This document shows positions 46,370 to 53,878 of a DNA stretch of 56,426 nt, piece after piece (position 1 is the stretch's first letter; each line of letters begins with the position of its first letter). The notes under the pieces were generated by a model. That model had not been told where the DNA came from. It ran no database searches and saw only the letters and a list, made by a program, of their open reading frames with translations. The stretch is from NCBI GenBank assembly GCA_039923155.1, contig JBDTDI010000158.1, positions 1 to 56,426 on the forward strand, read 5' to 3'. This stretch comes from Mycobacteriaceae bacterium (GTDB taxonomy: Bacteria; Actinomycetota; Actinomycetes; Mycobacteriales; Mycobacteriaceae). The position numbers were made by a program, and so were the translations under genes.

Positions 46370-48286
46370 GTGCCGGTCGTCGTCGTCTGTCTCGGCGCCG
46401 CCCTGCTCGTCCTGCCCGGCCTGGCGATCGCCCGGGCGCTGGGTCTGTCCTGGGCCTGGTCGGTGACCCTGGCGGCCCCGTTGAGCTTCGGCCTGGTGGG
46501 TGCGGTGACGGTCCCGTTCGGAGTGCTCGGCGTGCCGTGGGACCCCGTCACCGCCGCAGGCGCGCTGGTCGGAATCCTGGTGATCCTGCTCACCCTGCGC
46601 CGACGGTGGCCGGGGTTGCGGTGGTGGGCCCCCGACGGTGTCCACTCGGGCGCGGCGATGAGGTGGCCCGCCCTGGGCATCGTGATCGGTCAGCTCACCA
46701 TCGGCGCCACCGGCCTGCGCGCGCTGCTCGCAGCGCCGGGTGGCGTGGCCTCGGTGCCGCAGACCTCCGACGAGCTCTGGCACGCGAACGCGGTGCGGTT
46801 CATCGCAGCAACCGGGCAGGGTTCGCCGCTGCGCATGGGGGCGTTGCTGAACCCGGAGACCCTGGCCCCGCACTACTACCCCCTGGCGATGCACGACCTC
46901 TTTGCGCTGGTGGTGCGGCTCACCGGGGCATCACCGGCCCTGGTGCTGAACCTGGGTTCGCTCACCGTGGCGGCCCTGCTGGTTCCGGTCGGGGCGGCCT
47001 GCCTGGGCTGGGCCGCCACCCAGGCACCCGGGCGGGCGCACCGCGGACACGCGGTCGCCGCCGCGGCCGGGGCGCTGTCCGGGCTGGCGGTGGCCTACCC
47101 CCACATCGAGCTCAGCGTCGGGGTGCTGCCCGAGGTGGTGGCCCTGGCCATGGTGGGGCCGCTGGTGGCCGCGCTGGCGTCGGGGGTCGAGCACCCCGCC
47201 CGGCGCCCGGCGGCCGTGCTCGCCGTGATCGGGGTGACCAGCGTGCACCCGATCGGTCTCGTCCTTACCGCGATCATCCTCGGCCTCTGGTGGTTGTTCT
47301 CCCCGCAGGTCACCCGGCGCAGCGTCGGCCTGCTGGCCATGGCGGTCCCCGTCGCCCTCGCGCTGGTCGTGCTCGCCCCCCAGCTGCGTGCCCTGCTGAG
47401 CTACGGCGGGACGGTAACCACGCTGCGCAACAACTACGCCGATCGGCCCCTGCGGGTGCTCGGTGACGCAGTCATCCAGCAGACCAAGACCGTCGACGTG
47501 GTCGCACCGCCCTGGGTGCTGCTGGCGCTCGCGGCGCTGGGAATCGCGGTTGCGGTGCGCTGGCGGGCGGCGTGGTTGCCGTTGACCTGGGCGCTGCTGG
47601 TGGTCCTCACGGTGCAGGCGGCATCTCCGCTGCCCGGGCTGGGGACCACCGTGCTGCAGCCGCTGACCAGCATCTTCTACTCCGACTCCCGCCGCATCGC
47701 CGGCGTGACGGCGGTGCTGCTGGTGCCCATGGCTGCGGTCGGGCTCGTCGGCCTGGCGCAGGCGCCGCTGTGGCACCGGGCGTTGGGGCGGGCGCGCGCG
47801 GCCGGTGCGCCGGTCCTGCCCACCCTCACCGTGGTGGCTCTGCTGGCGTCGGTTCCCGGCCTGCTGCACGTTCCTCAGGTGTACCGCAGCACCTGGAACG
47901 GCGAGTTCGTCAGCCCGGCCGACCAGGCCGCGTTCGCGGCGCTCGCGGCGATGCCCGGGGCACACGACGGGCTGGTGCTCGACAGCCCCGTCGACGGCAC
48001 CGGGTGGGTCTACGCGACCCAGGGCCTGCGACCGGTGTTCGCCCACTACGCACTCGGCGAGACCGGGCCCGCCCAACAGCTGCTGCTGGCGGCGCTCGAC
48101 CGGGCTGGTGACGACCCGGCCGTGGACGCAGCCCTGCGCAAGCTGGGGGTGCGCTACGTGATCACCAGCACCCCGGTGTTCAGCCGTCTGACCCTGCCGA
48201 GGGGCTTCGTCGACCTCGACGACGCCCCCGGCCTGCGCCGGGTCTACGACAACGGGGAGACCAAGATCTACCGGGTGCTCTCCTGA
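46370..48286 (+). CDS. DUF6541-family membrane protein (Rv3779-like GT-C glycosyltransferase)
   Basis: DELWHANAVRFI, HYYPLAMH, FYSDSRRI, DGTGWVYA, LRKLGVRYV, VYDNGETKIY; many TM segments. Confidence 0.75.
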   Translation: MPVVVVCLGAALLVLPGLAIARALGLSWAWSVTLAAPLSFGLVGAVTVPFGVLGVPWDPVTAAGALVGILVILLTLRRRWPGLRWWAPDGVHSGAAMRWPALGIVIGQLTIGATGLRALLAAPGGVASVPQTSDELWHANAVRFIAATGQGSPLRMGALLNPETLAPHYYPLAMHDLFALVVRLTGASPALVLNLGSLTVAALLVPVGAACLGWAATQAPGRAHRGHAVAAAAGALSGLAVAYPHIELSVGVLPEVVALAMVGPLVAALASGVEHPARRPAAVLAVIGVTSVHPIGLVLTAIILGLWWLFSPQVTRRSVGLLAMAVPVALALVVLAPQLRALLSYGGTVTTLRNNYADRPLRVLGDAVIQQTKTVDVVAPPWVLLALAALGIAVAVRWRAAWLPLTWALLVVLTVQAASPLPGLGTTVLQPLTSIFYSDSRRIAGVTAVLLVPMAAVGLVGLAQAPLWHRALGRARAAGAPVLPTLTVVALLASVPGLLHVPQVYRSTWNGEFVSPADQAAFAALAAMPGAHDGLVLDSPVDGTGWVYATQGLRPVFAHYALGETGPAQQLLLAALDRAGDDPAVDAALRKLGVRYVITSTPVFSRLTLPRGFVDLDDAPGLRRVYDNGETKIYRVLS

Positions 48287-48927
48287 TCCCCACCCGGCCA
48301 GCTGCTGACCACGATCGACTCGTTGTACGGGAAGGCGCGTCCGGCGATGCGCGGGAACGGGAAGGACAACGTGCGACGGACCTGCAGGCCCACGGCCTCG
48401 CTGAGCGCGACCAGGTCCTCGACGTCGAAGAAGGTGGTGTGGGTCGAGTCGGAGGCGAAGCCGCGCTCCTGCGGGCAGATCAGCACGACGACCGCTCCGG
48501 CCGCGAGGTAGGGCAGGTACTCCCGCAGCACGTCGGGCTCCCCACCCGGCGGTAGGTGCTCGACGACGTGGGCCGCCAGCATGCCGTCGAAGGGCTCGTG
48601 GCGGGACGCGTGGAACTGCTGCGCCGTCTCCGCGCGCAGACCCAGCTCGCGACAGCGAGCCACGGAGTGCGGGTTGTGGTCCACCCCCAGGCTGTCGGGC
48701 GAGAGCGCGACGAGGTTGCGACCGATGCCGCAGCCGACGTCGAGGACGGTGCGAGCACCCAGCAGGCGGCGCAGGTTCCAACGGTAGGGCGCCTGCACGT
48801 CCAGGCGCTGCTTCCACCCGGCACCGGACAGCCGACGGAGGCGGGCCGTGTACTCCGTGCCCGTGGTGTCCCCGCCCGTGCTGTCACCACCGGGGACCAC
48901 CTCGTCCGGCTGTTCGTCCTCGCCCAT
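48268..48927 (-). CDS. Class I SAM-dependent methyltransferase
   Basis: VLDVGCGIGRN, FDGMLAAHVVEHL, DSTHTTF; ATG 48927 lies 6 nt after a TACGCT -10-like hexamer. Confidence 0.88.
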   Translation of the reverse strand: MGEDEQPDEVVPGGDSTGGDTTGTEYTARLRRLSGAGWKQRLDVQAPYRWNLRRLLGARTVLDVGCGIGRNLVALSPDSLGVDHNPHSVARCRELGLRAETAQQFHASRHEPFDGMLAAHVVEHLPPGGEPDVLREYLPYLAAGAVVVLICPQERGFASDSTHTTFFDVEDLVALSEAVGLQVRRTLSFPFPRIAGRAFPYNESIVVSSWPGGDQESTR

Positions 48928-48947
48928 CCGCGCAGCGTAGGGCAGCA

Positions 48948-48962
48948 CCCCCCCCCCCCCCC
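48948..48962. repeat. C15/G15 homopolymer tract between divergent genes
   Basis: 15 consecutive C; the only run of this length I saw in the window. Confidence 0.92.
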
Positions 48963-49073
48963 GTGCTCGACCTCTTACCGTCAGTTACCTCCTCACCCGA
49001 TCAGGTCTCAAGTACGTCACGGGAACGGTCGAAGCAGCACGGGGACGAGGAAGACGAGCAGAGGAGATCCACC

Positions 49074-50309
49074 GTGCGACCCAGCCCAGGACGACTGATC
49101 ACCACGATGGTGGCGGCGATCGGGATCATCGCGTCGATGGCCGTGGCGCTGCCCGCGGCGGCCTCCGCGGCGGGCGGGGTCTCCCTGAACGCCTACGAGC
49201 AGAGCTTGCTCGAGGCCATGAACGGCAGCCGGGCCGCGGCCGGGCTGGCCCCGCTCGGCATCCAGCCCGGGCTGACCGACCTGGCCCGGACCTTCTCCAC
49301 CACCCTCGGCCGGGAGGGCGCGCTGCGGCACAACCCGCAGCTGGCCGGCGACCTGCCGCGTTACGGCGGGGGGAGCTGGCGGACCGTCGCCGAGAACGTC
49401 GGGGTGGGCGGGTCGGCCTCGGCGGTGTTCACCGCCTACATGAACAGCCCCGAGCACCGCGACAACATCTTGCGGGCCAACGTCAGCTCGGTGGGGGTGG
49501 GGACCGCCCGGGCCACCGACGGACGCGTGTTCGACGTCGTGGTCTTCACCGACGCCTACGACCCCGGCTACGGCACCGCGCGGACCCAGCCGGCGCCGAT
49601 CGGTCTGGACGGCGCGCTCGTCGCCTCCGGTCCGGCCCGGTTCTACCTCGCTCCCCGCCCGGGCGCGCCCGCCGCACAGGTGCCCTACGGCAACCCTGGC
49701 GACCGGTTCGTGACCTGCGACTGGAACGGCAACGGCGGCGACAGCATCGGGGTGTTCCGCAACGGCACCTGGCTGCTGCGCAACGACAACACCCCCGGCG
49801 GCGCGAACATCGTGTTCGCGTTCGGCCAGGCCGGTGACCAGCCGATCTGCGGAGACTGGAACGGCAACGGCCGCGACGGCGTCGGCGTGTACCGCAACGG
49901 GATGGTCTACCTGCGCAACTCGCTGTCTGACGGTCCCGCCGACGGCCGGTTCGCCTACGGCAACCCCGGTGACGTCGCCGTCGTCGGTGACTGGAACGGC
50001 GACGGGTTCGACACCCTCGGCGTGCGGCAGGGCAGCGGCGTCTTCTCCCTCACCAACTCCAACCTCGCGCCGCGCGACAACGCCCGCTTCGCCCTGGGCA
50101 ACCCGGGTGACCGCCCGGTGGCCGGGGACTTCAACGGTGACGGGTTCGACACGGTGGGGGTGGTGCGCGCGGGCACCTGGTTCCTGACCAACTCCAACCT
50201 CGCTCCGCGGGTTGACCTGCGCTTCGCGCTGGGCAACCCGGGAGACAAGCCACTGGCCGGGGCGTGGAACGGCGGACGCACCGACGGCGTGGGCGTCGCC
50301 CGCAGCTGA
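49074..50309 (+). CDS. Secreted CAP/SCP-domain protein with five C-terminal FG-GAP/VCBS-like repeats
   Basis: GAGGAG RBS, signal peptide ending AASA, CAP motifs (NGSRAAAGLAPL, AENVG, MNSPEHRDNIL, VGVG), then GNPGD..GDWNG.G.D..GV.R repeats. Confidence 0.87.
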   Translation: MRPSPGRLITTMVAAIGIIASMAVALPAAASAAGGVSLNAYEQSLLEAMNGSRAAAGLAPLGIQPGLTDLARTFSTTLGREGALRHNPQLAGDLPRYGGGSWRTVAENVGVGGSASAVFTAYMNSPEHRDNILRANVSSVGVGTARATDGRVFDVVVFTDAYDPGYGTARTQPAPIGLDGALVASGPARFYLAPRPGAPAAQVPYGNPGDRFVTCDWNGNGGDSIGVFRNGTWLLRNDNTPGGANIVFAFGQAGDQPICGDWNGNGRDGVGVYRNGMVYLRNSLSDGPADGRFAYGNPGDVAVVGDWNGDGFDTLGVRQGSGVFSLTNSNLAPRDNARFALGNPGDRPVAGDFNGDGFDTVGVVRAGTWFLTNSNLAPRVDLRFALGNPGDKPLAGAWNGGRTDGVGVARS

Positions 50310-50364
50310 GCCACCGGGGGCCGGACGGGCCCGGGGCGTTCGCGGCCTCGCCTACGCTGGCCCG

Positions 50365-51687
50365 GTGACCGAACCCGCGCCGCCTGCCGCGCGGTCGAGA
50401 GGTCACGCCGCGAGCGCCGCCAGGATCACCGCCAGCCAGCTCTCGCTCGCCGCGGCCAGCTACGCGGTGCTCGCGGTGGCCGGCAACGCCCTCGACGCGC
50501 GTGCGTTCGCCGCGGTCACCTCGTTCTACCTGCTGCTCAACACCGCCGGGCGCGGAATCTGCTCGGCCGTCGAGCTGCACCTGACGCGGGCCGTCGCCGC
50601 CGACGTCGCGACGGGGCGCCCGGCATCGGCGGCGCTGCGCGCGAGCCGGGTGCAGGTCCTCCTGCTGGTCGTCCTCGCCGTCGCGCTCACGCTGGGTTCG
50701 GAGCCACTGCTGCGCACCGTGTTCGCCGGCGACTCCACGCTCACCGTGCTGCTGGCCGCCGCCGTGCCGGGGCTCGCCGTGGCCTACGCGGTGCGGGGGC
50801 GCCTGGCCGGTGAGCGCCGGTACTCCCCCTACGCGGCCAGCTTCGTCGTCGAGGCGCTGACCACGGTGGTGGTGGGGGTGGTCCTGCTCGTCGTGGGGGC
50901 GCACGACCCGCGGTGGTGGGCGCTGGCGTTCATCACGGGCCCCACCGTCGCCGCCGTCGTGCTGGTGGTCACCGTTCGGGACGCACGGTCCGCCGCGCCG
51001 GGGGACGCCGCGCCCCGAGCCCGTCCCTCGGCCGCGTCCGGAGGTTCGCTGCTGGCCTGGTCGGTGCTCGTGCTGGGCGGTTCGCAGGCGGTGTGGAACC
51101 TGAGCCCGGTGATCCTCACCGGACGGCTGAGCGACGCTCCCGGCCTCGCCGCCGCGTTCGCCAGCCTGGCCCTGGTGCTGCGCGTGCCGGTGCTGGTGTT
51201 CCCGGCGGCCCAGGCCGTGCTCCTGCCCGTGCTCACGGCCGGGTCCACCGGCGCGTCCGGGGGCCTGCGGCTGCACGGCGCCCTGCGCAACGTGCTGCGC
51301 ACCCCGTGGCCGTGGGCCGCAGCCGGGGCGCTGGGCGCGTGGTTGCTGGCGGCGGTGTTCCTCGCCCCGCCCCTGGTGTCGATCGTGTTCGGCAGCGAGC
51401 GCCTGACCGGGATCCTCGGTCCGCTGCTGCTCGCCTCGGCCACGGTGATCGGCGGGGTGGCCACCCTGGCGCAGACCGCGCTGGTGGCGCGCGGCGCCTA
51501 CCGCGCCGCCGGGGTGGGCTGGGCGGTGGCCGCCGGGGTGCTGGTGGTCGTCAGCCGCACCGCGACCGCGTCAGTGACGGTGGCGGCCGCCGCGCTCGCG
51601 GTGGCGGTGCTCGTCGCGCTGGGGTGCTTCGCCGTCGCCCTGCGAGCGTCGACGACCGTGTCTGTCCCCAGGGAGGTGAACCGGTGA
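50365..51687 (+). CDS. Wzx/MATE-like polysaccharide flippase or biosynthesis membrane protein
   Basis: About 12 hydrophobic segments; GTGA-coupled to a GT2 gene. Family call rests on topology and context. Confidence 0.65.
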   Translation: MTEPAPPAARSRGHAASAARITASQLSLAAASYAVLAVAGNALDARAFAAVTSFYLLLNTAGRGICSAVELHLTRAVAADVATGRPASAALRASRVQVLLLVVLAVALTLGSEPLLRTVFAGDSTLTVLLAAAVPGLAVAYAVRGRLAGERRYSPYAASFVVEALTTVVVGVVLLVVGAHDPRWWALAFITGPTVAAVVLVVTVRDARSAAPGDAAPRARPSAASGGSLLAWSVLVLGGSQAVWNLSPVILTGRLSDAPGLAAAFASLALVLRVPVLVFPAAQAVLLPVLTAGSTGASGGLRLHGALRNVLRTPWPWAAAGALGAWLLAAVFLAPPLVSIVFGSERLTGILGPLLLASATVIGGVATLAQTALVARGAYRAAGVGWAVAAGVLVVVSRTATASVTVAAAALAVAVLVALGCFAVALRASTTVSVPREVNR

Positions 51688-52703
51688 CGGATCTTCCCGA
51701 GCTGGACGTGGTCGTGCTCGCCTGGGGCGACGAGCCCTACCTTCTCGAGTGCGTGCAGGCGGTGCTCGACTCCGACGGGGTGCGGGTGCACGTGGTCCTC
51801 GTCGACAACGGCGCCGACCCGGCCGCGGTGGCGGCCGCGGCCGATCTGGACGGGGTGACGCTGCTGGTGCCCGGCCGCAACACCGGTTTCGCCGGCGGGT
51901 GCAACCTCGGCGTGGCCGCGAGCGCGGCGCCTCTTCTCGGGCTGGTCAACTCCGACTGCCTCGTCGCCCCCGACACCCTGGCCGCCCTGGTCACCGAGGC
52001 CCGACGGCCGGGCACCGGGCCGGTGATGGCCAGCGTCCGGATGGCCGAGGAGCCTGCCGTCATCAACAGCGCAGGCAACCCGGTGCACGTGCTCGGCGTC
52101 TCCTGGGCGGGGCGGCTCGGCGAGACCGAGGAGCGGACCGAGCCCTACGACGTGACCGCCGCGAGCGGCGCCTGCCTGGTGCTCGCACGCGAGCTGTGGA
52201 ACCGGTTGGGCGGGTTCGACGAGGAGTACTTCGCCTACGTCGAGGACACCGAGCTGAGCCTGCGGGCGCGCCGCACCGGACGTCAGCCGCGCTGTGTCCC
52301 GACCGCGGTGGCTCGACACCACTACGAGTTCTCCCGCAACTCGATGAAGATGTACCTGCTGGAGCGAAACCGCCTGATGTTGCTCGCGACCGTGTGGAGC
52401 GGGCGGGCCCTGGTCCTGCTGGCCCCGCTGCTCCTCGTGCTGGAGCTGGGCGTCCTGGCGCAGGCGCTGGCCCAGGGATGGGCGGGGGGCAAGGTCCGCG
52501 GCTGGTGGTGGCTGTTGCGCCACTGGCGGCACGTGCGGGCGCGGCGGACGCTGCTGCAGGCCGAGGCGGTCGTGACCGACGCCGAGTGGATGCAGGCCCT
52601 CACGGCCACCCTCGATCCGCAGGTGATCGGCTCAGCCACCGCCACCCGGGCGGTCAACGTCGCCCTCGGCGCCTGGTGGCGCCTCGTGCGGCCGCTGCTC
52701 TGA
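51684..52703 (+). CDS. Glycosyltransferase family 2 (WbbL/rhamnosyltransferase-like)
   Basis: VLVDNG, NTGFAGGCNLG, VNSDC, SGACL, GGFDEEYFAYVEDTELSLR, RNRL. Confidence 0.9.
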   Translation: MTDLPELDVVVLAWGDEPYLLECVQAVLDSDGVRVHVVLVDNGADPAAVAAAADLDGVTLLVPGRNTGFAGGCNLGVAASAAPLLGLVNSDCLVAPDTLAALVTEARRPGTGPVMASVRMAEEPAVINSAGNPVHVLGVSWAGRLGETEERTEPYDVTAASGACLVLARELWNRLGGFDEEYFAYVEDTELSLRARRTGRQPRCVPTAVARHHYEFSRNSMKMYLLERNRLMLLATVWSGRALVLLAPLLLVLELGVLAQALAQGWAGGKVRGWWWLLRHWRHVRARRTLLQAEAVVTDAEWMQALTATLDPQVIGSATATRAVNVALGAWWRLVRPLL

Positions 52704-53072
52704 GCCGATCGGTGCGATCGGTTCCGCGGTGGCCCGTTGCAGTCCCCGCACCTGGAGGTTGAGCCGGGCGACGTCCTCGGCCAGCGTGCGCGTCTGCTCC
52801 TCCAGCTGGCCGACCTCGCCGGAGAGCTGCAGCGAGATGGCGAGCAGCACGACCAGCGACACCACGAAGAGCAGGTTTGCGGGCACCGCGATGCCCAGCA
52901 GCCGGGCCGCGCCGGTCAGCAGGCCTGGCGCCAGGGCCACCACGACGCCGGCCACGGCGACCAGCACCCAGATGAGCGCGTACTTCTCCCGCAGCCGCCG
53001 TCGGCGCAGCAGCTCCAGGACCAGCGCGAGGGTGGCGAGGGAGAGGATGAGTGGCAGGACGATGGTGCTCAC
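52632..53072 (-). CDS. DUF2304 family membrane protein (Rv3632-like)
   Basis: LLRRRRLREKYALIW, LLGIAVPANLLF, LEEQTRTLAEDVA; GTGA-coupled to the upstream GT2. Confidence 0.85.
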   Translation of the reverse strand: MSTIVLPLILSLATLALVLELLRRRRLREKYALIWVLVAVAGVVVALAPGLLTGAARLLGIAVPANLLFVVSLVVLLAISLQLSGEVGQLEEQTRTLAEDVARLNLQVRGLQRATAEPIAPIGSEQRPHEAPPGAEGDVDRPGGGG

Positions 53073-53839
53073 GGGCCTGCCACCGGGGCGAGGTCGCGGG
53101 GGTCGACGTCGGGTGCGGTGCGCACCAGGGCGAGCAGCACCGCCACCACCACCCGGAGCAGGTACACCGCTGCCCGCACGGGCGACTGGCTGGCCTGCCC
53201 GGTCGTGCGGGGGCGCATCACCACCGGCACCTGGGCGATCCGCAGCCCCACCCGGTGGGCGATGACCAGGGACTCGACGGTGTCACCGAGGTACTCCTCG
53301 GGATAGTGGCGGGCGAACACGGCGATCGCGGGCGCCGTGGCCAGGCGCAGACCGGAGGTGGGGTCGGTCAGCCGGGTACCGGTGACCCGGCTCAGCACCA
53401 CGGCCAGGACCCGCATGGCCCAGCGCCGGGGCCCGGCCGCCTCGTAGGACCCGCGGCCGGCGAACCGTGCCCCGACGACCACGTCCGCGGTCCGTGCGGC
53501 GGCAAGCATCTCGGTGATCTCGGCCGGGTCGTGCTGGCCGTCGGCGTCCACCTGCACCAGGTGGGTGTAGCCCTCGACCTGCGCGTACCGGAAGGCGGCG
53601 CGCATGGCCCCGCCGACCCCGAGGTTGAACGGCAGGCTCAGCACCAGCGCGCCGGCCGCGTCGGCCACCTGGGCGGTGCGGTCCGTCGAGCCGTCGTCGA
53701 CGACCAGGACGTCGGCGGCGGGCTGCGCCTGGCGCACCTGGGTGACCACCTCGCCGACCGAGCCTTCCTCGTTCAGCGCCGGCAGCACCACCAGCAGCCG
53801 CTGGATCGGCCTCACGTCGTCACCCCCGGGCAGCAGCAC
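53069..53839 (-). CDS. Glycosyltransferase family 2, DPM1/PpgS-like polyprenyl-phosphate sugar synthase
   Basis: PALNEE, VVDDGSTD, NLGVGGA, QVDADGQHDP, TDPTSGLR. Confidence 0.9.
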   Translation of the reverse strand: MLLPGGDDVRPIQRLLVVLPALNEEGSVGEVVTQVRQAQPAADVLVVDDGSTDRTAQVADAAGALVLSLPFNLGVGGAMRAAFRYAQVEGYTHLVQVDADGQHDPAEITEMLAAARTADVVVGARFAGRGSYEAAGPRRWAMRVLAVVLSRVTGTRLTDPTSGLRLATAPAIAVFARHYPEEYLGDTVESLVIAHRVGLRIAQVPVVMRPRTTGQASQSPVRAAVYLLRVVVAVLLALVRTAPDVDPRDLAPVAGP

Positions 53840-53878
53840 GCCGGGAGTCTACGAGACACCCCCCGCCCGCAGTCCGGA

